Counted from the stretch's first letter, positions 11,678 to 23,672 are shown. The stretch is DNA of 64,000 nt from Octopus vulgaris (GCA_951406725.2 OX597816.1:17236001-17300000); one strand, 5' to 3'. Notes: generated by a model not told the origin, from the sequence alone. Numbers and translations: made by a program.

Positions 11678-11917
11678 TCTCTCTCTACATGTGTGAGCAT
11701 CTAGTTATGTTTGCATGAATTTTTAATATCACTCTCCCTTTCTCTTCATCTTTCTCTCCTTTCTGTCTCTCTCTCTCTCTTTCATCTCTCTCTCTCTCTC
11801 TCTTCATCTCTCTCCCTCTTCATCTCTCTCTCTCTCCATCACTCTCTCTCTTCATCTCTCTCTCTCTTCTCTCTCTCTCTCTTCATCTCTCTCTCTTCAA
11901 CTCCCCCCTCTCTCTCT
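11575..11917. repeat. (TCTG)n/(TC)n polypyrimidine tract
   Basis: Directly visible simple repeats. Confidence 0.9.
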
Positions 11918-12322
11918 ATTTGTATATGTATATATCTGCATTCACATGCACATGTCTGTGTTCCCCTTCAGTGCCAAAACATGCAGTTGTCAAAACAGGT
12001 TGAATGTCCAGTCAGCCATGCCAAATTATTGTTATTAAAACTGACACACCCTGTCACCTTCTCGACTTACAACCATTCACAAGAAACATTAACCTTGTTT
12101 ATGTAACTAACCTCAAGAGGTCATAAGGACAAAGGTCATTGGCACCATCCATCTCTTCACACTGAATCAATATATAAATACTCAATACAGGATATGAAGT
12201 GCAGACCTGTTGAATGGCTGTCACTCCCTTGTTATTCCATATTCTTTTTCTTTATTCATATCTTTATTTGTTTCAGTTATTAAGTTGTGGCCATGCTGGA
12301 GCACCACATGTGAAAATTATGT

Positions 12323-12740
12323 AGGCACAGGAGTGGCTGTGTGGTAAGTAGCTTGCTTACCAATGACATGGTTCCGGGTTCAGTCCCATAGCATGGCACC
12401 TTAGGCAAGTGTCTTCTACTATAGCCTCGGGCCAACCAAAGCCTTGTGAGTGGATTTGATAGACGGAAACTGAAAGAAGCCTGTTGTATATATGTACATA
12501 TATATGTATATGTATGTGTGTGTATATGTTTGTGTGTCTGCGTTTGTCCTCCCAACATTGCCTCACAACCGATGCTGGTGTGTTTACATCCCCATAACTT
12601 AGCAGTTCAGCAAAAGAGACCAGTAGATTAAATACTACGTTTACAAAGAATAAGCTCTGGGGTCAATTTGCTTGACTAAAGGAGGTGCTCCAGCATGGCC
12701 GCAGTCAAATGACTGAAACAAGTAAAAGAGTAAAAGAATA
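12323..12740 (+). mobile_element. SINE family A, full length
   Basis: ggcacaggagtggctgtgtggtaag through gactgaaacaagtaaaagagtaaaag. Confidence 0.88.
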
Positions 12741-12774
12741 AAATGAATTTACCCCACTACTTATTTTGTTCCTT

Positions 12775-12914
12775 TTCCTATATTTCCGTCGAAGAGCTCC
12801 GCTTGAAATGTTAAATCCTCCTTCTTGCTTTCCTTTCCTGAGCATCCAATAACACTATACTTGTTCCACATCCTCACGTTGTTGTGTTTTCTCTTTGTGT
12901 TTTCATGTTTGGAT

Positions 12915-12920
<6 letters not shown>
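12775..12920 (+). mobile_element. Family D1 hammerhead-bearing repeat
   Basis: ttt-ccgtcga-a-gagc-tcc-gctt-GAAA-tgtt-aaa; ends ggattaac-(TA)n. Confidence 0.65.
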
Positions 12921-12958
<38 letters not shown>

Positions 12959-12967
12959 CATATATAT

Positions 12968-13130
12968 ATGACAGACTTCTTTCAGTTTCTCTTCACCAAA
13001 ACCACTGACAAGGCTTTGGTCAGTCTGAGGCTGTAGAAGAAGACACTTGCCCAAGGTGCCACACAGTGAGACTGAACCAGGAACCATGTGGTTGGGAAAC
13101 AAGCTTCTTACCACACAGTCATGCCTCTGC
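12968..13130 (-). mobile_element. SINE family A, 5' part
   Basis: Reverse complement of the head and core. Confidence 0.75.
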
Positions 13131-13200
13131 CTATTATTTAGGAACCAAAGTAAAAACTTCATGATTCCTATAGCTGGATGCCCTTCAGCTTTAAGTACCT

Positions 13201-13590
13201 CTCTTTTACTCTTTTACTTGTTTCAGTCATTTGACTGTGGCCATGCTGGATCACCACCTTTAGTCGTGCAAATTGACCCCGGGACTTATTCTTTGTAAGC
13301 CTTGGACTTATTTTATTGGTCTCTTTTGCTGACCACTAAGTTACGGGGACGTAAACGTTGTCAAGTGATGTTGGGGGGACAAACACTGACACACACACAT
13401 ATATATGCATATACATATATACATATATACGACGGGCTTCTTTCAGTTTCCATCTACCAAATCCACTCACAAGGCCTTGGTTGGCCAGAGGCTATAGTAG
13501 AAGACACTTGCCCAAGGAGCCATGCAGTGGGACTGAACCCGGAACTATGTGGTCCGTAAGCAAGTTTCTTACCACACAGCCATTCCTATG
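13201..13590 (-). mobile_element. SINE family A, near full length
   Basis: Reverse complement from tail to head. Confidence 0.85.
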
Positions 13591-14585
13591 CCATCTTGTC
13601 AATGACTTTAATAATAATTTTTGATGCTGGCTTAATTGAGGTATGAATTCACACTGTAGAAGGATAACACTGAATACTGCAAAGCATTCTTTCCAACAAT
13701 ACCCAAAGCAATTTCTGCCAAAGAATTTGTTTTCCATTGTCTTTAATAATAATTTCTGATTTTAGCACAATGACAACAAATTTGAGAGGAGGGGTTAATC
13801 AATACTATTCACACTAGTGCTTAACCACTTGAATGGTACTTCTGTTTATCAGCTCTAGGGTGATGGAAGATGAAGTTGACCTTTGCAAGATTTGAACTCA
13901 GGATGTAGTGAGCCAGAAGATACGCTGCAAGGTATTTTTTTTTACTAAAGCTCTAATGATTCTGCCAATCATTGTCATTCTTAATGACTTAGATAATAAT
14001 CATTTCAAATTTTGGCACAAGGCCTGCAATTTCATCAACCCCAGTGCTTCACTGATCCTTATTTTATCAAACTCTGTAAGGATGAAAGGCAAAGTCAACC
14101 TCAGTAGAATTTGAACTCAGAATGGAGCAAATGCCACAAAGCATTTTTCTAGTTGTATTAATGATTCTGCCATCTCATCACCTTAATTAACTCAAATAAT
14201 GATAACAAAGAATTCTCTACTTGGTAGCACAACTAGCAGCCAAATTAGAAATAGCAGCTAAATTTTCCTCAAATCATATCCCTGTCGTTAAAAAAAAAAA
14301 ACGAAAAAAAAACAATACATTAGTTAAAATAGTCCTTGATACCCCCAAAAGGATGTGTTGTCAGAGCTGAAATACTTTTAATTATATGTTACCGAATTAA
14401 GATTGACCTACAGTTAAACAGCATCAACCAGTAATGACAGTGGCGTCTGTTGAACAGTTAGTCGCATAGAAAGTAATCTTTTATTTAGATTCCATTACAA
14501 ACATAGAATCTTTGTCATCAGTGCTTTTCTCTATTCAACAATTAATAAGACCAGCTGTTTATGTACACTGTGATTTTCCTAACAT

Positions 14586-14621
14586 TAGTAGTATATTACT
14601 ATATATAGTAATATACTACTA
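14586..14621. repeat. Perfect 36 bp palindrome
   Basis: tagtagtatattactatatatagtaatatactacta equals its own reverse complement. Confidence 0.9.
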
Positions 14622-15459
14622 TACATCCTGTTGAAAATAAAACTATGCTAAGTTTTCTTTACTAAACCCAATTTTATCTCTAAAAATTATTCATTGTCTG
14701 TTGTAATTTATTTTGAGTGCATTAACATTTTCTATTGAATATTTATGAAAACCTCAATGAAGCTAAATTAGATTTAAACTCTGATACTACGGTAAAAATC
14801 CTAGTTAGCCGAGTTCTTCCTTCTTCTTCTATATTCAGTTTCTACAAACTATTGAAGTTGCATGGAATACGCCTATGGCTTTTGATTATTTATATTTAAG
14901 ATTGTGATTCAAGATTAATTGAATTTCTTTTTTAAACTCCAGAACATTTTATAACACTCTGTCCAAATGTTAATTGAAAAATATCTCGAAAATTTAGTAT
15001 TCTTTCTCAATACGAGTGATATAAAAAGTAATTCATACAAATTCATCTCTCCGAGGTAAAATTTATCTTGTTCTTTAGCTTAAGAATATTTTGAGAAGTT
15101 CAATTATAGTCTGGTATGATCTTGTAGCAAATTTAAGCAAATCTAAGCAAATCATGTTAAGTAGAATACTGTATTGGTTTCAAATTCTGGCACAAGGCCA
15201 GCAATTTTGGAGGGGGTAATTAAGTTGATTACATTGACCCCAGTGTCCAACTGGCCCTTATTTTATCAATTCTGAAATGGTCAAAGGCAAACTCGACCGT
15301 GACAGAATTTGAACTCTCTCTCTCTAGGTAACTGTTTCCACCCTCACTCTTGTTAACTCTCACTCTTGTTAACTCTCCCTCTCTTTCTCTTCCTCTCTCT
15401 TTCTCCCTCTCTCTGGCTGAGTAACCATTGACCTCTTCTACAGCAAGGCATCTGTTTCT

Positions 15460-15692
15460 TATTTCTTTACTGCCCACAAGGGGCTAAACAAAGAGGGGAC
15501 AAACAAGAACAGACAAACGGATTAAGTCAATTACATTGACCCCAGTGCATAAATGGTACTTAATTTATCAACTCCGAAAGGATGAAAGGCAAAGTCAACC
15601 TTGGCAGAATTTGAACTCAGAACGTAACGGTAGATGAAATACCACTAAACATTTCGCCTGTTGCGTTAACGTTTCTGCCAGCTCACCGCCTT
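15460..15692 (-). mobile_element. SINE family B with 15 bp TSD
   Basis: aagRcatctgtttct at 15445-15459 and 15693-15707. Confidence 0.88.
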
Positions 15693-15812
15693 AAGACATC
15701 TGTTTCTGTCTCTCTGTCACACTATAATCTTTCATCAGCTGACACAAGATTCCCCCCTTCCAATGCTCCTTCCCCTCTCAAAGACTCTTTGTCTTACAAA
15801 GTCACTTGGTGA

Positions 15813-16086
15813 CCCCTGCCAGTGCAGGTGTCACCTAAAAAGTATCTGCACTGTATAGTGGCTGGCATTTGGAAGGGCATCCAGCCGTAAAAACCATGCC
15901 AAAACTGATCTTGCCTGTGTGAGTGCCACATAAAAAGCACTCTGACCACTCTACCAAGTGGTTGGTGTTAGAAAGGCCATCCAGCTGTAAAAACTATGTC
16001 AAAGCACACTCAGAAGCATGGTGCAGGGTCCTGCCTGGCCAGCTCCTATCAAACCATCCAACCCATGCAAACATAGGAGGACGTTA
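15813..16086 (+). mobile_element. Diverged family C (RTE 3' UTR-related) copy
   Basis: Two ggaagggcatccagc-like blocks and an aacccatgc...ggacgttaa end. Confidence 0.6.
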
Positions 16087-16188
16087 ATCAAGTCTTTTTT
16101 TTAACATAGAGATGGATGAAACGTCTCTAAGTATATTGATTGGTGTACTAATGATTCTGCCAGTTCACTGCCTTAAAGTAAAAGATTA

Positions 16189-17029
16189 CCATCAAAACCT
16201 ATTTAATTGACGCATTTTATGTAATTTATGCAAGAATTAAAAAAAAATTTAGATATGCATAAATTACATGAGTAGATCTTTTCCAGAATTTTTTAAGAAA
16301 TTTTTTTGTTTGAAAAAAGACGTACAAAATGTAAACATTTGTACCAGAAGTTGACTCATTTAGTGTCAGAATAGGTTTTTTTCAGAAAAAATAAGGGCTT
16401 AAATATAATGAAGTTGACTTTTATTTATGCTGGATGGTATTATGCTTACTTTTTCTGTATAAATTTACTAAAACCATCAAATGGTTAACTACTTTTTGTA
16501 GCCTGACGTTTATGCTGGTAATCATGGTCTGGGCCATATTATTATAAACAACGCAAACACTTTGTAATTTAATAGCTTTTCATGTGATACCTGTTAAACA
16601 GAAATTATTTTTATTTAATGAAAATTTAATAAAATCTAATCATAAGGAAGTGAAATTAGGCTAAATATAACTAAATTGAAAACCTTTTTCTCCTGGTCAT
16701 ATCAGCAATTCTGAAAACTTTTGGGTGTGAGAGAGTATGGTAGTTCGCTTGAAGCACTGTGTATTGTTTGTAAAGAATAAAAAGTTTTGAATGGTACAAC
16801 AATGCACTATAATACAGACAATGGGCTATTTATTTACCTGTTGTAATTTAGTCATTTGTAGTCTGATATGATATTTCAGAATAATATTCCTTCTTCAGAT
16901 ATTCTTATATGGAGTCTCTGCTATAATCAATTTTCTAAAGGCTATGAATACAAGCTTTTTTAAACAAATTTTATCCTGAAAATCACCTGTGTAAATTACA
17001 CAGGTGCACAAATTACATAGGTTTTACAG
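16189..17029. mobile_element. Possible pogo/Tigger-like non-autonomous DNA transposon
   Basis: ta-ccatcaaaacctatttaatt...gca versus tgcacaaattacataggttttacag-ta, with subterminal tgtaatttRYRca repeats at both ends. Confidence 0.45.
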
Positions 17030-17197
17030 TATATTAAGTGAACATCAGTGACATGAACTCATCTTGATGGATTTGGTTTGTTTTTTTACCTTTTACTTGT
17101 ATCAGTCATTTGACTGTAGCTATGCTAAGGTACCACCTTCGAGGTTGTAGTCAAATAATTCTTACCTCGGTACTTATTCTTTAAATCTTGTACTTAT

Positions 17198-17611
17198 AGG
17201 TGCAGGAGTGGCTGTGTGGTAAGAAGCTTGCTTCCCAGCCATGTGGTTCTGGGTTCAGTCCCACTGTGTGGCACCTTGGGCAAGTGTCTTCTACTATAGC
17301 CTCGAGCTGACGAAAGCCTTGTGAGTGGATTTGGTAGACAGAAACTGAAAGAAGCCTGTCGTATATATATGTATGTATATCTATATGTGTGTCAGTGTTT
17401 GTTCCCCCCCCCCCCATCACCAGTTGACAACCGGTGTTGGTGTGTTTACATCCCCATAACTTAGAGGTTCAGCAAAAGAGACTGCTAGGATAAGTATGGG
17501 GCTTAAAAATTAAGAATTGAGGTTGATTCTTTTGACTAAAAAAACTCGAGGCAGTGCCCCAGCATGGTCGCAATCTAATGACGGAAACAAGTAAAAGATA
17601 TTAGATAAAAG
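17198..17611 (+). mobile_element. SINE family A, full length, nested in an antisense A copy
   Basis: aggtgcaggagtggctgtgtgg ... gaaacaagtaaaagata. Confidence 0.85.
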
Positions 17612-17830
17612 ATTCTATCGATTTCTTTCACCGAACTGCTAAGTTATGTAGATGTAAACAAACCAACACCATTTATCAAGCAGTGGTGGGAAACAAATAC
17701 AACACAAACACAGTCACACACACACGGATATGTACACATACATAGATACACACATATTTATATATGTGTATCTATATGGGCTTCTTTTAGTTTCCATCTA
17801 CCAAATCCTACCCACAAAGAATTAGTTGGC

Positions 17831-17899
17831 ATATGCCATAGTGGTTAAGAGCACAGGCTACTAACCCCAAGATTCTGAGTTCGATTCCAGACAGTGACA

Positions 17900-17971
<72 letters not shown>

Positions 17972-18750
17972 GCCCTGATGCAGTACCAGGCAGTGGCTCT
18001 CATGGCTTCTGATCTTAACTGATTGGAAGTGTTATCATGTACATTGTTTTGTCTTGGTATAAAAGATGGGCTACAGCAAATATTCTGCTCAATACCACAG
18101 ATTTGCTTGTCAGTTGTTTGACCTTAACCAGTTGAGCATGTCCCTTAGTGGCTGACGATATGTGCATCTCTGATCACGAGCAGAAGTAGTGGGGGAGCAT
18201 CATGGCCATGTGTTGAGAGGGATTCTTTGGAGTTTGAATGGTTCACCTCTGGAAACATAGGTGTTTCGTTCAACATCCTAAAGCAACCCTTATTCAGGGA
18301 CCGTTTGAGCAGGATGGGCTACTCAACCTGAAGAAAATTCTAACTGGGCCCCACCTGCAAGGTCATGTGCTGTTTATCTTGATATGAGATCACCATGTCG
18401 CGCACATATGGTTGTGATGCATGTGCCTGGTGTACCTTTATCAGACGGGTAGTCATGATGGGTATATTGGGCTTCGTATATTTTACCCCAGTGTCACTTT
18501 GATGGCATGAACTGCTCTCTCACTCAATAATAATAATAATAATAATAATGATAATAATAATAATAATAATAATAGTAACAATAATAATAATAATAACAAC
18601 AAGAACAACAACATTGAAAAATACCTTAGGAATGAGAACCCAAGTTCAAAATCTCCCCAAGACCCCTGATGAAGGCTGGAGGGTATATCAGCCGAAACAT
18701 GTTAACAACAAACAAGATGAGGACAAATATTTGTCAAATGTAAATAATGT
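17831..18750 (+). mobile_element. Family E: tRNA-headed, (AAT)n, hammerhead-tailed element (interrupted)
   Basis: A-box tgccatagtggttaag, B-box gagttcgattcc (17877-17888), (AAT)n, then CTGATGA (18666)-a-ggctg...cagcc-GAAA (18694). An uninterrupted copy lies at 23155-23434. Confidence 0.75.
17971..18525. mobile_element. 555 bp insertion inside an (AAT)n tract, unclassified
   Basis: Complex sequence bounded by (AAT)n on both sides and absent from the sibling family E copy. Confidence 0.65.
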
Positions 18751-19402
18751 GGAAGACACTTGTCCAAAGTGTCACTCAGTGGGACAGAACCTAAGACCAT
18801 ATGGTCAGGAAGTAAGCTTCTTACCCACCCCTCACAGCCACACCTGTACCTATTGTGGTTGGTGTATTAGTTTATTGAATATATTCCTCTCTACCAGTCT
18901 TTAGGCATGCCTATTCATTGTCTGTAGCAGCAGCTAACATGATAATAGAAGAAACAGCAGTGGTATTACATCAACTATTTAATTAACGTTTAGCACCAAG
19001 TTATATTAACAGGTATATCCAGTCACTTGTTTAGCTATGACACAGGCAGCAGACTCTGTTTTGTGTACAATCACTACAGCAACAAACTTGCATCTTCCAA
19101 AATTTCAAAATACCTGCTTTTTCCCAGCAGCTCAAATGCTGGCATGTGAAGGCAGCAGCTTCCAGCTCAGTTGTGGTGACACATCAGCTACAACTATGGA
19201 ATAAGCTATTACGATGTACTGCTCAGCGGTGATACAACATGTGTAAATACACTTCTACTGCTGCTTCATCATTTGCATGTACATATACATGTATACATAT
19301 GCATATACACGATGCATATATATATATATATATATATACGTGATGTATATATGCCATTTGAATATGGCTAACCCAAAAGGGTTATCATTATATATATATA
19401 TT

Positions 19403-19439
<37 letters not shown>

Positions 19440-19747
19440 GTATATATGCATATATGCATATATATATATTCAATATATATATGCATATATATTCAATAAG
19501 ACAATCAAAGCTTCATTTCATTTTACTATATATACTATTTATACTATATATTCTATATTCAACATTAATATTATAAAGAATATTAATTAAACCTAAAAAA
19601 ACAGACAGAGTTGGAATTCCTTTGAATAATATATATCCCTCTATACACAATCATACAAAGCCCTTTATATATATATATATATATAAAATGTATGTATGTA
19701 TGTACGTATGTATTTATATATACATATATGTATATATATTTATGTAT

Positions 19748-20120
19748 GCTTCTGGGTTCAGTTCCACTGCATGACACCTTCGGCAAGTGTCTTCTACTAT
19801 AGCTTCGGCCCAACCAAAGCTTTGTGAGTGGATTTGGTAGACAGAAACTGAAAGAAGCCTGCTGTATATATGTGTGTGTGTGTGTATTTATGTGTATGTG
19901 TGTTTGTGTCTGTTTGTTCCCCACCATTGGTTGATAACTGATATTGGTGTATTTACATCCCTGTAACTTGGGGGTTTGACAAAATAGAATAAGTGATAGA
20001 ATAAGTACAAGGTTTACAAAGAATAAATCCTGGGATTGCTTTTTCAACTACAACTCAAGGTAGTGCTGCAGCATGGCTTCAGTCATATGACTGAAACAAG
20101 TAAAAAAATAAAAAATAAAA
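19748..20120 (+). mobile_element. SINE family A, 5'-truncated
   Basis: ggttcagttccactgc ... gactgaaacaagtaaaa. Confidence 0.8.
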
Positions 20121-20260
20121 GTGTGTGTGTATATATATATATATAATAATAATAACAAAGGGTGAAACTAATTAATTAAGAAGTAATCAGTAATCAGTAA
20201 TTTCACCAAGTAGAATTTGGCATGAAAAGGACCACTTCATGGTAAGCTAAAGTAATACTT

Positions 20261-20575
20261 TATAATTAGGGTTCAGCAACGATTTGCTTCACCACATACC
20301 GAAGTTTAGAAATAGCAGTCAAAAAATCTTAGTTATTCCTTCTACTTTAAAGGGAGTTCCCAGAAAAACCAAAGCACCTGAAAGCAAACTTCGCAGGTAA
20401 AAGGGAAAAAAATGACGAAAATCATTCTATATTAGGTTACCCACGGACGTACGTTTCGGAATTAAGTCAGTATAAAGCACTCCCTTTAAAGTAGAAGGAA
20501 TAGCTAAGATATTTTGACTGCTATTTCTAAACTTCGGTATGTGGAGAAGCAAATCGTTGCTGAACCCTAATTATA
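20261..20575. repeat. Foldback with ~97 bp arms and a hammerhead half-motif in the spacer
   Basis: Arms 20261-20357 and 20479-20575 contain agaaatagcagtcaaa. The minus strand of the spacer reads ccGAAAcgtacGTC. Confidence 0.85.
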
Positions 20576-20659
20576 TAGTATATATATATATATATATATA
20601 TACACATACATATATATATCTGTGAGTGTATATGGTGTGTGTTTGTGTGCATGTGTTTC

Positions 20660-20708
<49 letters not shown>

Positions 20709-20937
20709 AAATAAAAATATGAAAGTTTAGTTCACAGGTGATCTAAGCGACTAGGTACGCTAGGTAAGTGCTGTAATTGATTACTAGGCCTCCAAGTTTA
20801 TAGCCGAGATGGTAGGTATTGAGCCATTGCAGATTTCTGGTATAGTGGATATATAATTGCTAAAGAGGACAGCAAACATTAAGGCAAGGCAAACATCTCA
20901 AGTCATATATTATTATTGTTGGAAAAAAAAATTCAAA

Positions 20938-20993
20938 GTCTTACAGCTGTTTCTGGAATATCCCAGAGTATGGGATATTCCTTCATCAGAGAC
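20938..20993 (-). ncRNA. Type I minimal hammerhead ribozyme (best example)
   Basis: gtct-CTGATGA-a-ggaatatccca-tactc-tgggatattcc-a-GAAA-cagctgTA-agac. Stem I is 4 bp, stem II is a perfect 11 bp, and stem III is palindromic. Confidence 0.8.
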
Positions 20994-21425
20994 AAATAGG
21001 GAAAATGAGAAGGGTATAGATTAATGAAATAATGACATAGAGGACAACTTTATAATCTTGTAGAAATAAGTCCATAAGTCCTTTGGTGCAATCCTATGTA
21101 AATCCATATGGGTTAATGTCCTGATAGTGTAAATATCCAGAAAAGGACATGAACATATCAACGTTCAATAACAGAATGGTGGCTATTAAGTGGTAAAAGG
21201 ACAGAAAAGTAAATGAATAGAAAGAGAGGTAGATAGAGTGAGGGAGGAAGCTAAGGATAAAGTAAGGTATATAAAAATATAGTGTCTAAGAATATAGTGT
21301 ACAAAGTTAGCCAAGAAGATAAGAGAGAGGAGGAGGTAAAGGAAGATAATGGAAGATAATGTGTGCGTATATACATATATATATATATATATGCCTTCAT
21401 TAATTCATAGATGCATATAGACATC

Positions 21426-21488
<63 letters not shown>

Positions 21489-21616
21489 ATGTATATATAA
21501 TGGCTGATGATTGCTCAACATTTTAAAACTGTTGTAATACTTACAACATTTAATAAAATGATGTAGCGTGAAACGATCATACCAAATTACCAAAGTTATT
21601 CTTGTTGCTTATTTTG

Positions 21617-21676
<60 letters not shown>

Positions 21677-22309
21677 TGTATGTATATACAAGCACATTTA
21701 AGATTTCTGTCCTCATTTCTGTGGCATCATTTTAAATTCTTCACATTGAAATTTGAAGCCTTTTTTATATTTAACAATAATTTCGCTGTCTACCAGGCTT
21801 GTCTCTGCCAAATTAATTTATTGACGAGAAGGGAATATATATTTTCTGTCTGTGATTTTAACAAAATAGAACGATTTTATCCATTATTCTTCATTTCGTT
21901 ATCTGGTCAAATTTCTCTCTACAATTTCTATTAATTTGTAAACTTCCTTTCTGATATATTTTACAATGTAATGTTCTGTAAAAACTGTGTGAATGAAGAA
22001 TAAAGAACGTAACAGGATATTCTTTTATTTTGCTACTGGCCAAATTATTGAAAAGAAAAGAAGAATGGTTTTCAAATTTCAAAATATTTGATATTTTTTG
22101 CCCTTTCAATTCTTTAAATTTGTTTGCTATAAATTTTTCCTACAAGGGTGGTTAAAAGTACACTCTGCTTCTCAAACACATGGTTCTGGGTTCAGTTCCA
22201 CTGTGTGACACTCTGGTTAACTGTCTTGTGCAATGGCTTTGGGCTGTCCAAAATCCTTGTTAGTGGATTTTGGTAGATGGAAACTGAAAAAGCCCATCAT
22301 ATAAATATA

Positions 22310-22361
<52 letters not shown>

Positions 22362-22369
22362 CATACAAA

Positions 22370-22800
22370 CAGAGTGCAATGGGTAAATTGTCGCCAATAT
22401 ATATTTTTTATTTTGTGCATGCACATTGTTTGTTTTTGATTTTGTTGACTACATAGTAAAGTAGGGCCAGTTGGGCACCATCAGTAAGAAAATCAGCACC
22501 ATGACACAATTCACTCTGCCAAAAATTTGGAAGCAACATGCTGCTCTGCTTGACATTTATGCCGGAAGCTCCAATACAAAGTGCTGGAATATGAGCATGT
22601 ACCAATACGAACATGCACCAAGAGTGATAAAAATCAAACATCTGGTCAACATCATGGTGTTTGGAATGATCACTAGTGATGGCAACGTTATGCCACCATT
22701 CATCTTTCCACATGGCCTCAGACTCAACAAAGAGGCATACATCAAGCGCCTGGAGGAGGTAGTGCTGTTCTGGGTCAATAGGGTGACTGCTGGGTCAAGA
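22370..22800 (+). mobile_element. Tc1/mariner (DD37D/maT-like) transposon remnant, left end
   Basis: Left TIR cagagtgcaatgggtaaattgtcgcc; peptide KHLVNIMVFGMITSDGNVMPPFIFPHGLRLNKEAYI...VVLFW. Confidence 0.75.
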
Positions 22801-23154
22801 GGGTGGCTTCTGGGTCAAGAGGGTGGTAGCCCGATTCAATCAAAAGTGATCTTAGTCTTGTAAACTATATGATGACCTCACAACTCCTGGTGCCACAAAA
22901 ACACATACATTACACTGTAAAATGACTGGCATTAGGAAAGACATCCAACCATTGAAATTATGCCAAAATAGACACTGGAGCATGATGTAGTCTTTGAACC
23001 TGTGAGACTGAGTCAGGCTGTCTGACCCATTCCAGCATTAAATATCCTGACGACAATGATGGTGCTGACAACGATGATGATGATAATGATAGTGATCTTG
23101 TAAGATGTGACCTCTAGCTATATTTTCATCCCTCCAACCAAAAAAAAATTCATT

Positions 23155-23296
23155 TACATTATTTACATTCGACAGATATTTGTCCTCATCTTGTTTGTTG
23201 TTAACACAACATTTCGTCTCATGTACTCTCCAGCCTTCATCAGGTGTTCTGGGGGAATTTCAAACTTGGGTTCTCATTCCTAAAGTATTTTTTCAA

Positions 23297-23367
<71 letters not shown>

Positions 23368-23434
23368 TCACTGCCTGGAATCAAACTTGGAATCTTTGGG
23401 TGAGTAGCCTGTGCTCTTAACCACTATGCCATAT
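23155..23434 (-). mobile_element. Family E monomer (tRNA head + (AAT)n + hammerhead)
   Basis: The minus strand reads atatggcatagtggttaagagc...gtttgattcc, (AAT)n, then aacac-CTGATGA-aggctg...ac-GAAA-tgtt-gtgtt. Confidence 0.8.
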
Positions 23435-23672
23435 AATAATGATAATAATAATAATAATAACAAGAACAACAACAACAACAATAATAATAATAACAACATC
23501 AGAAAAATACCTTGGGAATGAAAACCTAGGTCTGAAATTTCCCCAGGACACCTGATGAAGGCTAGACAGAACATTAGCCGACACAACAAACGAGATGAAG
23601 ACAAATATCCATCAAATGTAAATAACGTAAAGAATATACATAATTCCTCATCTTTCAAAGATAGAACCGTAT
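23435..23672 (+). mobile_element. Family E tail in inverted orientation abutting the monomer head
   Basis: (AAT/AAC)n, gaaaaataccttgggaatga, CTGATGA at 23552 with ggcta/tagcc stem; the GAAA is decayed. Confidence 0.75.

Larger units (their letters stand above)
17087..18848 (-). mobile_element. SINE family A host copy split by nested insertions
   Basis: Colinear pieces at ~17087-17196, 17612-17828 and 18751-18848. Confidence 0.7.

Noticed and set aside
12700-12725. SINE A tail gactGAAAcaaGTA resembling a hammerhead 3' half
   Set aside because: No CUGANGA core lies upstream in any copy; it is better explained as a retroposon 3' stem-loop.
19126-19204. Peptide MLACEGSSFQLSCG after a cag acceptor, resembling the start of a SUEL/rhamnose-binding lectin domain
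   Set aside because: A stop follows within ten codons, the expected ANYGR motif is missing, and there is no good donor site. Probably chance.
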